Position numbers and translations under genes: made by a program. A DNA stretch of 64,000 bases from Sminthopsis crassicaudata (lineage: Eukaryota). The stretch spans positions 47,092,478-47,156,477 of the forward strand of contig NC_133618.1 of assembly GCF_048593235.1 (NCBI RefSeq). Direction: 5' to 3'. The notes beneath the pieces are model-generated. The model saw only the letters and a program-made list of their open reading frames with translations, ran no database searches and was not told the origin of the DNA. Each line of letters starts with the position of its first letter. The first letter of the stretch is position 1. Below, piece by piece: positions 51,134 through 63,021 of this stretch.

Positions 51134-52767
51134 CTAGGGACAGAAATGTAACTTATTAAGCTCCTATATCCTGATCAACCGTTCCCCTGGGAGGAACCAA
51201 AGGCAGCTTTTACTCTGTTTACTGTGCCTCCCCACCCCAGGAGTGAAGGGGAAACACGTTTTATTACATGGTCATAATGCTAAGCCCTACATACTGTAGA
51301 GCTCTCCCAGGGCAGACTAGACAGTCTTTTACTTTTCTTTATCCCCCTGCACAGTCCCTGGCACGCTGTAGGTACTTATCTTGGTCTGAAGAAACAACAA
51401 AACAGAGGGTCCATTCAGCAAGCAATTCTAAAGTGCCTACTATGTGCCAAGGAGGGAGATAAAAAGTAGCTTACAGAAGATGAGCAGAGGGGGAGGAGAC
51501 CACACGTGCAACAGGAGCACAGGAAAAAAATCCCCCAAACTTGCAAAGGGAATACAAAGTAGTCTCTAGGATGGGGTAAGGACATACCAAGTACTGCAGT
51601 CCCCAAAATAAAGGCCTTAGTAAAGGAGACAGCCTCCCAGGTTAGGCCCAATTTAAAGATAAGGAAACAAAAGGTGAGAGGGTAAAGCGGTGGCCGGAGC
51701 AGCTTGGCCAGGAAGTAGAACTGTTCTATCTCCTAGGTTAGGCCACTCTTCTACCATGAGGGGAAGGGGGGGAGGTGGAGGATGTCAGAGACCAAAATGT
51801 TAAAAAAAAAAGGCACCGTGCTAAGGAGTCTAGAGATCCAGATTCAAATCCTGCTCCCTGAAACTGCCCTGAAAACTGGTCTTTGAAACTGGCAAGAATC
51901 CTCACCAGGGGCAAAGCCACTTCTGGCCCTCTGCACGTGGATATCTGAAACGGGGACAAGGATCCTGGAAGGACTTTCCGGCGGTCCCCAGCGCACTCCA
52001 AGTTCGATTTCCACAAGCTTTTGCCCAGGCCAAGGAACCAGAGGCCACCTCTGGGCCAGGGGCTCATAAGGGCTCCGCCTCCATGTCAATTTCATACCAA
52101 TCCGTTACCCGTAGGAGGTCCTGGGAGGGACCCCGGGGTGGGGGTAGAGGGAGCAGCAAAGGTGAAAAGTCTAATAAAGGGGGGAAATGAGGGATTTTCA
52201 TTCTGTGAACCTCAGTTTCCCCTCCTGTCAAATGGATGGGTTGCGTTAGCCCTGCCCTGAATCTTGCGCTCGGACACACGAGTCCCTTTCTAAGCAGCCT
52301 GGGAACTCTCTGGACCGAGTGCTGGGCTTTGGGAGTCCGGAAGCCGAGTTCAAATTCCGAGGTAAACGCTTCCGGGTTAGGTGACTCTGGTCAAGTCAAT
52401 TTCCCCATCTGTAAAACGTGGGTAACGACAGCTCCTCCCCCTTCCTCTCCTCCCCCCCAACCCCCGGGGTTGCCAAGAGATCAAAACTACTTTTGCAAAT
52501 CTGGTAACCTCGGTATTGGGTAACCCGGAGTGTCAGCTAGTAACGTACCCCGGCAAGCACTTAGTAGGTGCCTCCGGTACGCTCACCGGGCTCGGGGAAA
52601 GAAACGTTCCCTGGGAGCAGATCCTGGGGCCAGACACAGGAGACATGAGGGGCCTCCCGCCGCCCCCCGACAATCTCGGGGATGTCTCGGAGCCGGATTC
52701 CCCCCCTCCATAGAGGGATTCTTTAACGAGGCAGGGCTGATCCCCTCCTCCCATCGCCCGCACTCAC

Positions 52768-52900
52768 CTCCGCCGGCCTCCAACCTCCGGCCTCTGGTCT
52801 GGCTTCTCCCGCAACTCGCGCTCCCCTCCCCACCCGGCCTCGACCTCGCACCACGTGCGCGTGCTTTGACCCCGGAAGCAGTTGTTGGCCCCACGGAGCC
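52768..52900 (-). other. UTP4: Probable UTP4 non-coding exon 1 (5' end approximate)
   Basis: Strong donor GAG|GTGAGTG at 52768/52767 inside the CpG island, facing the ATG-bearing exon at 51133. Confidence 0.6.
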
Positions 52901-52914
52901 GGAAGTGCGCAGAC

Positions 52915-53002
52915 AGTGTTAGCGGCGGCGGACGGTGGCGGCGGGAGGTTCGGTTGTCGCCCGTTGGCCGCGAGGCGCCGCGTTCGGCGGCCGCCATTGC
53001 AG
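52915..53002 (+). other. CHTF8: Probable CHTF8/DERPC non-coding exon 1 (5' end approximate)
   Basis: GCCGCCATTGCAG|GTCAGG donor at 53002/53003, just downstream of the ETS sites. Confidence 0.55.
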
Positions 53003-56000
53003 GTCAGGCCCCGGGCGGGGAGTGCGGGAGGGGGAGCGGAAGGGGCCCGGGAGGCGAGGGCCGGGGCTTGGGGAGGCGCGGCGGCGGGCGGGCGAGAGCG
53101 AGGGAGCTGGCGGCCCGGGGAGGGAGGGAGGACGGCGCGGGAAGAATGGCGGGCTCGGGGAGGCGGGAGGGGCCGGGGTTGAGGCGAGGCGGCGGAAGCG
53201 AGCGCGGGCGGGGGCGAGCGCGACGGAGCCGGGGCGGGGGCGGCGGGGCAGATTTCGCAGGCCGCGTCGGGCCAGGCCGGGGATCTGTGGGCCGAGGAGG
53301 GCGCAGGAAGGGGGGCCGAGGCGGAGCACAGGGGGCCGGGCCCGGCGCGGGGCTCGCAGGGAGGCGGGCGGGCGAGCGAGCGACACGTGGGTCGGGGGAG
53401 GATGAGTGCGTGGGAGGGCGGCGGGGCGTGCAAGGCCGTGTGACCGAGGCGCAGACGGGGAAGGGACCGGGAACCCGCTTGGACTGGGGATGCAGGAAGT
53501 GGAAGACCTAGGGGAGGAGAGTGGACTCAGGAAGTGGAGAGGAAGGGAGGAGGGGGCCGAGAACTCTTCCCCCCCCCCCCCCCCGCCCCAGGGACAGGGA
53601 CTGTGGTCTGAAACGGGGGGAGGGGCGAGCTCTGGGGACCGGGCTTGAGGATCCTCGGGTGGAAAGTAAATCCTTCTCGGAGGAGGCAGAGGCTTGGCAG
53701 GGAGAAGGGGGGGGGTCAAAGACGCGGAGCTAGTCCGAGTAGTGGAAGGTTTGGGTAAATACTGGAGTAAAACTGTTGGACAACCTGGGTCTGCCGAGGC
53801 TGTAGTTGATCCTGTGGAGAAGCAGTCATAAATATTCCCACAGTGTGTTGTGAAAGTAACACGTGTATGCAGAGTGTCCACGCACATTTTTGAAACCATC
53901 CCTCCCCGATGAAAAGTTCTGAAACATCCAGCTCCACATGTACATCACAGCCCTATGGGGGAGGGGGGACAGGGTCTGCCCCTCCACTTTTAGCTCCTAC
54001 AAACCTGTCAGCAGACAGCATGCCTTTGGATGCTCAGCAGCCTATTTCCAGTCACAGTACCATGAAAACACTGCTAATAAAAAGAGTTCATCTGCTCGTC
54101 TGTGTTTTTAAACCACACGAATTTTTCATTTTTGGAGGAAAGCACATGGAAAAGTTGTTAATTTTTAGAGTAGAAGTTCATTTTGACCTTTCTGTGAAGC
54201 AATCTGGGAGTAATGCAAGCTTCATTTGGCTATTTCTCAGTGTAATTCCATCATTTTACTGCTGAGGAAACTGAGACACAAGTTCAGTAATTGGCCCAAA
54301 GTTCCACATGTAGAAAGTCAGTGAGGTGGGATTCAAATCTAAGCTCTGACTCTTAATCCAGCAGCCTTCAAACTACTCATCACTGTATTCTGAACCTACT
54401 CTAAACGAGTTAAATGAAGTAACTAAAGAAAGTTCTTTGCAAGGTGTCTTTCACGTAGTACTATATAAATGTTAGCTATTTTAAGGAGGTTTCTAGAGAA
54501 GTACAGGGAAAGTTATTAAGATTAAATTCATTTGCTCTTCCAAGTAACAGTTCAAGGTGGAGCCAACATAAATTGTTATATACAGTTTTTTCACAATAAA
54601 ATTGGAGCACGTTTTCCATGAGAAATGTATTCTAAAGCCAAGATTTTTTCATGAACTGTGTAGGGATTAGAAAGAGTTAAAAATTTTTTTGAGTTGACAA
54701 ATAATTGAAAGTTAAAGTTGATATTAGGAAAAGGGATGCACGATCACGAAGTGAAGGAAGGATTATCATGTGAATAATTAAGCAAAATTTCCTCTAAGGA
54801 TTTCTTTTAAAATTTGTCCTTCAGGCTTTGTGTATAGCACCTTTTCCTCCAGGGCAATCTTTAATTAACTTGTAAGTGCTTGTTAATTCTTGATGAACTC
54901 ATTGACATGAGTTCTATTTTACTTTTTAGTGTTCTCATTTAAAAATCTGAAGTTTAGGGAGAGTAAGGGGCAGTTTATAGGTATTGTCTATTTAAGTCCA
55001 CTTTGTTCTAAGAAATCACAAATTTTAGATTGAATACTTTAATTTTAGGGAACATGTAAATATGCAACCATTTTCTATGATAGCTCACTTCTAAGGTTTT
55101 TTAAATGAAATTAACAATTTGCCAGAATTTAGTGAACCAAGAAGCATTTGGTATTTTTGCAGCCAGGAAAGATATTGTTAGGTCCTGATTGCCACAAAGA
55201 ATAAATCTCCTAAAGTGATGACATGTATTCATGTTCATAATACTTGAAATTATAAATATGTAAAATATGGCATAGGATTTTTTTTTCCCCCTCTGGCCAA
55301 CTGACAAATACAGTTAACTGTTTCACTGTAAATCTGATCTCAGACACTTAACACTTCCTAGCTATGTGACCCTGGGCAAGTCACTTAACCCCAACCTCAA
55401 AACCCCCCCCACAAAAAATCCGTTTCACTGTCCTTGTGCAAATCAATTAATCTTAACTTGGACATTAATGCCTTATAACCACATTCTTTTAAGATTTTTT
55501 TTTTTATCCCCTCCCATAGCATCTAGCATAAGTATCTTGCTTCCCTTTCAGTGCCTTAGGTACTCAGTAAATGATCCATGAATGAATAACATGAGAATGA
55601 AGTTAATGTTTATAAAGCATATTGAAAATTTAAATATCAGAAGGAAATAGAGAAATGAAAAATGTTTCCTGAAATATAAGTTTATTGTAATTAATCTTAC
55701 CCAGTGTACTTGAAAGCCTTTTTTTCTTTTTTAATAAGGTTTTTTTTTTAACTGCTTTTTATTATTCGATATTTTTTTTATCTCCTATGAACTGGATTTA
55801 CTTTATGTTGGCTTGACCATTAGCTCAAGGTCTGAAACTTAAGTCATACCCTTAACAAAACTGAATTGCCACTCCTAAGAACAATAGATTTTTGCTTTGT
55901 AGGGAAAAACTAAAGTGGATTTGAGGGGCAATTCCACAGACTTGTTTTTAATTCAGTTGTATAACTTAATGGACCTATATAATTGTGCATCATTACCTGT

Positions 56001-57654
56001 GAAATGGTGTCACTTTGCTATCACATATTTCTGTATAGATCAAATTTTATGTGCTTCAAAGGCTAGTCTTAGTTTATTTTCCCAGGTTGAATAAAGTTTG
56101 AAATATAAGTAATTTGGGACTTAGAAATCTTTTTTTGTCAGTCGGTTTTCTTTATAAATGCTATTTTTTTTTTTAAACAAGATTTAACTTGTTCTCTATT
56201 CTCTGTGCTTTTTTCTTTAGATATGCCTTCATATTACATTCTCCTTTCTAGAGAGGCAGAAATTCAACTCCTTTTGTTCTTCAGCCCTCCCCTCTCATTA
56301 CACCCTAAGCAATTGAGTAAATGAGCTATGAGCTTTGGGCCTGCCCAAACCCTAAAGAATAAAATATTTAGGTACCAGAAGTAACAGTAGATATCAAGAA
56401 ATAAGGAAGGGAATAGACAACATGTAGTTTTATGATCACAGGAAATTTCTATATTCTGAAGGAGAGAATATTCTTTGCCACTTAATTGTATTATGTCCTA
56501 TTATTTTGGGCAACAGATAGTATGCACAGGAATATTCCCAAATCAGACTTGATATGCAGTAATTCTGTAATTTGTTCTAGACTAGCCGGAAATGACAAAT
56601 GTTAGAATACCTAAGCTGAGTTTTAGTCTTTAGTATTACTTTTGCCATAAGTTCCAAGATGTGTCCATTGCAGACATCCATTTGTGACAATGGTATAGAG
56701 AGAATTGGGACTTTGAGGTTTATGTCAGAATGTGTCCATCCCTATATCACTTAGCTTCCAAGTTGTGAATGAGATAGTAAGGGCCAAACTTGACAATGAG
56801 TAATACATTATAATTTCAGTATATTTAAGTGCTGTTGTGTATAGTCTTGGCCAAGTCATTAAGTCTCTGTGAACCTCAGGTTCTTCATCGGCACAAGGGA
56901 GAGATTGTTTAAAATTTTAAAATTAGGGGATCATGAAAAATGCTCTCTTCTCTGATTCTAAATCCTGTGATTTCTTTTACTTTCTTTTGAATACAGTTGT
57001 AATGGAAAGTTAGCCTTTCAGAACAGATGCCTAGATTATTTCTATGCTGTAGTCTTTGAAGTTTATAGTTGCTAGGCAATAGTTTTACGGTTTTTGTCTA
57101 TCCCTCATCCTGATCCATTCAGTGACTACTGAGAACATCCATAACATCTTCCCAATAAGCAAGTGTTTCAAAATATTCTTTCTGGGTTGCTATTCAGCCA
57201 AGAAGCAAGGCAGGTTAGGAATGGCCCCACAAAGTGTGGTACACACTGTATCTTGAATGCTTATCCACAATCTTCTTAAGTATACATATTTAGAAACTGA
57301 TTTTTGTTCCATTAGGACCCTATGCTGATTTCCAAAATTTCTGGTAACCATATATTTTGAACTCCAAATCTAATCACATAGTTTGACTATCATTGTCAGG
57401 TAGTCAACATTGAAATTAATACCCAGAAATCTGGAACATAGAGTTGTCTTATCTGGCTGCAGAAAACAAAAATGTTAGTTGCTGCATTTTGAATTGAAAA
57501 AGCTCAGTAGACTGTTAAGAGAAAATTCTTTTGTTTTATCCCCTGAATACTCCGCAGTGTGAATATATCTGCACAGATATGTTTTTTTATACTCTGACTT
57601 ACAGACATTTAAAGTAAAAAAAAGAAAAGAAATCAATCACCATAAAGTTATTTA

Positions 57655-57865
57655 GTGGCTGGGTGATAAAGTTGAGCACTAGATCTAGAGTCAGGAAGAC
57701 CTGAGTTCAAATCTGGTTTCACACACACGAGCTGGGTGAGTCATTTAACTTCAACTTCAGTTTTTTCATTTGTAAAATGGGGATAATATATATTAAGACC
57801 TCCCACCCAGGATGATTGTGAGGATCAAATGACCTAAGATTTGTATACACTATATAAATGCTAAC
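57655..57865 (+). mobile_element. MIR-family SINE (others at about 14280-14525 minus and 23650-23790 plus)
   Basis: GAGTCAGGAAGACCTGAGTTCAAATC...CTTCAGTTTTTTCATTTGTAAAATGGGGATAAT...GTGAGGATCAAATGA. Confidence 0.75.
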
Positions 57866-59143
57866 TATTAAAAGTACCTCTAATAGACCTTGATGAGCCC
57901 AGAAATTTTAGGAAACCTCCCCAAGTATGTGACATTTAGGCTTTTAAGCTATTCTCTTTTAGAAAGTTAAAATTCGCTGTAATTTATAGAAAAGGAGTGT
58001 TTCTGTAGAAATAATGAATTGCTTTTCAAACTCAGAAGTTTTTTTTGTTTTTTTTTTAGGACTATCATTGTTATTTTTTTTACTTTTAATTTCCTTAGGC
58101 TATATTATTCTTCCTAATTAGTTGCCTCATAAGTTTTCTGAGTTGAATTCCATCATATTCCTCAGAAACTAGTTTTAGTTCAAGTCCCAATGAGATTGTT
58201 AGATGTTTTGTAGTGAAAGGAAAGTTAGACTTGGAGTCTAGAGACTTGGGTTTGAGTTTGAACAATTAATAATTGTGTCATCAGGTGCAAAAGTCTTTAC
58301 CCTCTCAGCCTCAGTTTCCTAATACATAAAAAAAAGATAAAGCTTGCACTAACTGTTTTATAGGGTAGTTATAAACAATGCAGTATTATTTTCTCTGTTA
58401 TACTTTTACTCGACACTTATTTGTGGTCATTGTTTACCCCTGATAATTCCTTTTCATGGTCCCTTTTCTCTCATGTTTGTAATTTGAAATCTAATGAAAT
58501 TGCATGAATCAATTTCAAAAACACTTGTTTGCAGAACTAATGAGAAAATGTACAAAGTTTTTGAGTTTTGTCTATTTTCTCATTAGTTCTGCAAACAAAA
58601 GTTTTGTAATCTTAGAAGTTGATGCTTAAATTTTTTTTGGTTCCCCCCCAATGAAACATAGTAGGCAAGTGTGTAGTATGATTAGGCCATCCATTTCAAA
58701 ATGTGTTGTTTATTCTCATTGTCATTTAAACATTCTCTGGAACAGTACGCAAATTTGCCACAAGATGACACTGTTGTATAAGACAAATCTCAGGACATAC
58801 ATTTGCTTTCCCTTGTCTGTGGGAAATGATAAGAACTTTAGATGAGATGACTACCCAAAATATGTGGCAGACTATTTAAAATGACGCTACAGACATTTTC
58901 ATAACTCATCTTTTCCTGGAGACTTTTTGTGTTTTAAAATAATCTGCTGACTGTACAAAGGAGGAAGTCAATGAAGTTTTACATTGTATCTCCTGCGAAA
59001 AGTCAAAAGTGTTTTTTTTTGTTTGTTTTGTTTTTAATTCTTTCTATTTGGAAAAGAAGGAAGCTTCAGGTTTTCCTTATACAAATTTTTTTCTTTTCTC
59101 TTCTCAGCTTTTCTTCAGCTTGCTTTTCTGAGAGTAAAGGCTG

Positions 59144-59166
59144 ATGGTGCAAATTGTGATTTCCAG
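59144..59166 (+). CDS. CHTF8: CHTF8 coding exon 1 (23 nt; exon acceptor probably at 59119)
   Basis: ATG GTG CAA ATT GTG ATT TCC AG|GTGAGT = MVQIVIS(S). Confidence 0.93.
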
Positions 59167-59425
59167 GTGAGTGAATCCATGTTGATGATTTTTTCCATTG
59201 TGGGATGAATAGTTGGGGTTGGATAAGTTTCATGATTTTCTCAAAGAGCTAAGATCCCAGAGTGCATCTGCGCAGATCCTTGCATTTCAACCTTTAGTTC
59301 AGTGCCTAACACTAACCACTTTCCAGTAAACTTGATCAAAAAGAATGGCTGAGCCTTTTATGGGAGGTATACTGCCCATCCTTCACCCCTCAAAAATATT
59401 GTAACCACCAGCCCTTTGCTTGCAG

Positions 59426-59543
59426 TGCTGGGGCTGGAGGCTTGGCAGAATGGGTGCTGATGGAGCTACAGGGGGAGATCGAGGCTCGCTACAGCACTGG
59501 ATTAGCTGGAAACCTCCTGGGAGACCTACATTACACCACCGAG
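59426..59543 (+). CDS. CHTF8: CHTF8 coding exon 2 (118 nt)
   Basis: (S)[39 protein letters not shown]; acceptor TTGCAG, donor GAG|GTGAGG. Confidence 0.96.
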
Positions 59544-59917
59544 GTGAGGGGGCTTTCCTTACCCTGCCTAACGCCTCAGAAAAACAAGCCACAGTAAGGT
59601 GGCCCTCCCAGAACCCACAGTGGGGACTGCCCTAAGGTTTGTTATGTGAGGTCTGGCTAATGTCCTCAGGAATCCAGTCATGCTCCTACCCTACCTCTGA
59701 AGCATCAGAGAAGTTTTATTTTGGGGTAACTGGAGAGGTTGTATCTTTAAAAAGGAATATGTAGTTTTCTTTGTGACTGGGAAATGCACAGGGCTGGGGA
59801 GGTAGTCAAATGTAGCACCTCAGTGAGATGCTGTGAGAAATGCCAAAGAGTAAGGCAAAGGACCTGAACAGATTGATAGGGTTGCCTGAGTTTTCTCTTA
59901 CCCTGAACCTCAGGTAT

Positions 59918-60000
59918 CTTGTGTTTTTTTTTGTTTTGTTTTGTTTTGTTTTTTTTTGTTTTGTTTTGTTTTTTTTTTTTGTTTTGTTTTGTTTTTTCTT
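59918..60000 (+). repeat. (GTTTT)n / T-rich microsatellite directly upstream of the CHTF8 last-exon acceptor
   Basis: About 83 nt made only of T, G and C. Confidence 0.95.
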
Positions 60001-60004
60001 GAAG

Positions 60005-60229
60005 GGAATTCCTGTGCTGATTGTGGGGCATCATATCCTATATGGGAAAATTATCCGTTTGGAGAAGCCATTTGCTGTCCTGGTAAAAAGTGGTTCTGGG
60101 GAACAGGAATGTGATGAAAGTGGCAAACAGACAGCAACTCGGTACCTAGTGAAAGCACTAATAAAGAACAAGATTCTCTTCAAAACTCGCCCAAAACCCA
60201 TAATCACCAACGTTCCCAAGAAAGTATGA
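60005..60229 (+). CDS. CHTF8: CHTF8 coding exon 3 (225 nt including TGA); chromosome transmission fidelity factor 8 of the CTF18-RFC complex, 121 aa total
   Basis: [74 protein letters not shown]; 23+118+225 = 366 nt. Confidence 0.96.
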   Translation, partial: GIPVLIVGHHILYGKIIRLEKPFAVLVKSGSGEQECDESGKQTATRYLVKALIKNKILFKTRPKPIITNVPKKV

Positions 60230-62262
60230 AAGAACCAAGGATTTTTTCTAGAGAGCGGCCAACTCCCTGGACTCGTGCCCCATTCCCACCCCGAGGACGG
60301 ATGGACAGTTCCCTTGGTTCACCAATGGCTCCTGTTTTGAATGCAGGCAACACAATGGGGGTAAACCCTGATCCTTTTCTTTTGGCCAGTGTTCTTGGTG
60401 GAAATATGACTCGATTCCCAGCTGGCCCCCTCACCAGAAATCCAGCTCCTTTCCCAAAGCCATCTGGCCCGTTGGCCTCATGTCCGCCTTCCTTCCCAGC
60501 TGGTGCCCGTGACTCAAATGTGGTTCCTTTTCCAAGAGGGATGAATCCTCCAAGCACAAGCTCAGTTCCTTTCCCAAGGTCAGGTGGCCCACTTGGCTCA
60601 GGTCTAAACCCTCGAGCAGGTATTGCCACGGGTGCAGGTCCTATGTCTAACCCTAGGCCAGGTGGGCTCCCAGGTACAGGTCCTATGCCTAATCCTAGGC
60701 CAGGTGGGCTCCCAGGCACAGGTCCGATGTCTAACCCAAGGGCAAGTGGTCTTTTGGGTGCCGGTCTTGACCCCAGAGCAGGTGGTCTGGGCTCGGGTCC
60801 TGGTCCTGACCTGAGACCAGGAGGTTCACTAGGCACAGGTCTCGGCCCAAACCTAAGGACAGGTGGCCTTATGGGCACGGGCTCTGGTCCTGACCCTAGA
60901 GGAAGTGGGTTCTTGGGTACTACTGGCCCAGGTCCTAATTCTAGAATAGGTGGCCTGGGACCGGGCAGCCTGGGCGCTGGTGGCTTGGGACCAGGTGGCC
61001 TGGGCGCTGGCGGCCTAGGTGCGGGTGGCCTGGGCTCAGGTGGTGTTGGCACCAATAGCCTGGGTGCAGGCAATGTTGGTGCAGGCGGTCTAGGCACAGG
61101 TGGCCTGGGTGCAGGCAACTTAGGAGCAGGTGGCCTGGGCGCGGGCGGCCTGAATACAGGCCCAGGCCCAGGCCCGGGCCTCAACCTTAGAACCAGTGGT
61201 CTCTCAAACACAGGGCATGTCCCTGACCCCAGGGCAAGTGGATTTCTGGGCACAGGACTTGGTCCTAACTCTAGAGTTAGTGGCCTAGGTACAGGCCCTG
61301 GTCCTGGTCCTAACCCAAGAGCAGGTGCCCCGGGACCAGGCCCTGGTCTTAACCCAAGAGTAGGTCTGGGAACAGGCCAGGGTCCTAATCTGGATCCCAG
61401 AGCAGGTGGTGTCTTGGGTTCAGGAGCTGGTCCCAATTTGAGAGCTGCTGGTCTCATGGGCTCAGGATCTGGTCTTGATTTGAGAGCTTCTGGATCTCTA
61501 GGTATGGATCTTGCTCCCATTTTAAGGGCAGCTGGCCTTCTTGGAGCAAATTCAGCCCCTTTCTCACAGTCATCTGGAAATATGGGTCCAAATCCATCTT
61601 CCATGACAAGAGCAACAGGTCCTATGGGTCCAAACTCTGGTCCTGGTTCTAGGATAGTTGGCCTTGCAGGTCCAAACTCTTCTCCTATGCCAAGGGCTAG
61701 TGGCCCATTAGGTCCTAATTCAACTCCTTTCTCGAGGCCATCTGGCCCCTTAGGTGTAAACTCCACTCCCTTTCCAAGGGGGACAAATCCTGCAGGCTTG
61801 AACCCAGCAACATTTTCCCAGTCCACCAGCTCGAACCCACCCACTTTTCCACGTTCCACTGGTCTTCAGGCACACAGTACAGCAATTTTCCCAAGGTCAT
61901 CTGGTCCCTTGGGCCCAAACCCAGCTAATTTCCCAAGATCAGCTGGACTGCAAGGCCCAAATCCATCTACTTTCCCAAGATCCACTGGCCCACTGGGTCC
62001 TAGTCAAGTCCCTTTCCCCAGGTCTGCTGCTGGTTCACTAGGTCCCACATCAGCAAGTGCTCCGGGCATAAACCAAGCTCCTTTTCCAAGGCCATCTGGT
62101 CCCATGGGTATAAACCCATCTTTTCCTAGGGTCAATGGCCCTATAATGAAGACTGTGGTACCATTTCCTAGGAGTGGAAGCCTTTCTGGCCCCGGCCCAA
62201 CTTTTCCTAGACCAGGAGGCCCGTTGGCTGCAATGTACTCGAATGGAATGCTGCCACCCTAG
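60226..62262 (+). CDS. DERPC: DERPC, proline/glycine-rich nuclear protein (678 aa), single ORF in the CHTF8 last exon
   Basis: [25 protein letters not shown]... and C-terminus ...[16 protein letters not shown] match DERPC; ATG overlaps the CHTF8 TGA (ATGA). Confidence 0.93.
   Translation: MKEPRIFSRERPTPWTRAPFPPRGRMDSSLGSPMAPVLNAGNTMGVNPDPFLLASVLGGNMTRFPAGPLTRNPAPFPKPSGPLASCPPSFPAGARDSNVVPFPRGMNPPSTSSVPFPRSGGPLGSGLNPRAGIATGAGPMSNPRPGGLPGTGPMPNPRPGGLPGTGPMSNPRASGLLGAGLDPRAGGLGSGPGPDLRPGGSLGTGLGPNLRTGGLMGTGSGPDPRGSGFLGTTGPGPNSRIGGLGPGSLGAGGLGPGGLGAGGLGAGGLGSGGVGTNSLGAGNVGAGGLGTGGLGAGNLGAGGLGAGGLNTGPGPGPGLNLRTSGLSNTGHVPDPRASGFLGTGLGPNSRVSGLGTGPGPGPNPRAGAPGPGPGLNPRVGLGTGQGPNLDPRAGGVLGSGAGPNLRAAGLMGSGSGLDLRASGSLGMDLAPILRAAGLLGANSAPFSQSSGNMGPNPSSMTRATGPMGPNSGPGSRIVGLAGPNSSPMPRASGPLGPNSTPFSRPSGPLGVNSTPFPRGTNPAGLNPATFSQSTSSNPPTFPRSTGLQAHSTAIFPRSSGPLGPNPANFPRSAGLQGPNPSTFPRSTGPLGPSQVPFPRSAAGSLGPTSASAPGINQAPFPRPSGPMGINPSFPRVNGPIMKTVVPFPRSGSLSGPGPTFPRPGGPLAAMYSNGMLPP
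60949..61155 (+). repeat. 15-nt coding tandem repeat (GGLG[A/P/S/T]) inside DERPC, about 14 units
   Basis: [68 protein letters not shown]. Confidence 0.9.
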
Positions 62263-63015
62263 AGACCACCCCCTCCCGCCTAGGCTACATTGGCTGCAAG
62301 GTACCACGGCTTTGGGCAAGATGGAAACGGCTGTGCTCTGAAGGCCACAGTAAGGCTTGACTTGATGGCCATTTCTTTCCACGGCTTTTTTCTCCAATGA
62401 AGATGGAATCTTCGATTTGCTTGTGAGACAAGGACTCTGGCAGGCAAGCTCAACCCTAAGGATGGGGAGAAAGACTCCCAGTGTCCTGTAGCCTGTGGTG
62501 CTTTCTCACTGCTTTGTGCCGACTTCTCTTTCTTACTCATTTCTTGGATTGTTCTCCTGGACTTTTCCTCAGGGATGCAAAGGCCTGCCAGTCCCAGCTC
62601 ATTCTGTACTACCATCTTCCCTACCAGAGAAACCCGGGGTAGCTGCTTTTGTTAATTGTGTTCCAGTTTTCAAACATTACTCAGTAACTTTGTATAGAGC
62701 AGCTCTGACTGGATAGTCCTTTTCAGTTCTAAGTAAAGCTTATTTCTTTATGCCACAAACTGGACATTGGCCACCTCTGGAATTCACAGGAGGCCAAAGT
62801 TGTGAAGCAGCTTCTCGCCTGCCCTTCTTGCTACTGTTACTCCCAATCAAAGAACCTCAAGATTTTGAATTTGATGTTGGCTCTGGGACCTAGGGGGTGG
62901 GGGTGGGGGTGGGAGGTAAAAGGGAGGGGGAGGGGAATAATCACTGCTTTTCAGCCTGGTATGAAGGCATCGTTGGTGTTTCATTCTACAATATATCATT
63001 TCTTACTGTTTCTTT

Positions 63016-63021
63016 AATAAA
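63016..63021 (+). terminator. Candidate CHTF8/DERPC polyadenylation signal AATAAA
   Basis: First AATAAA seen after the DERPC stop; another lies at 63383-63388. Confidence 0.45.

Larger units (their letters stand above)
52500..53750. promoter_or_regulatory. CpG island / bidirectional UTP4-CHTF8 promoter
   Basis: Head-to-head genes. E-box CACGTG 52852-52857; ETS/GABP motifs CCGGAAG 52872-52878 and CCGGAAGT 52899-52906; NRF1-like TGCGCA immediately after. Confidence 0.85.

Noticed and set aside
52530-53899. Multiple overlapping 130-326 aa ORFs on both strands
   Set aside because: CpG-island artefacts: Pro/Arg/Gly-rich, many with non-ATG starts and no homology I recognise.
54890-54950. TGATGA...CTGA pair in CHTF8 intron 1
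   Set aside because: Imperfect C box, weak terminal pairing and AT-rich context; likely chance.
59840-60229. 129-aa ORF reading from intron sequence through the (GTTTT)n repeat into the CHTF8 last exon
   Set aside because: It stays open only because the repeat has no A and so no stops; the frame depends on unstable repeat length.
60204-61859. 551-aa antisense ORF over DERPC
   Set aside because: In this register an antisense stop needs a sense codon starting TA or CA (Tyr, His, Gln) after the right base. DERPC is nearly devoid of these residues, so the open frame follows from composition.
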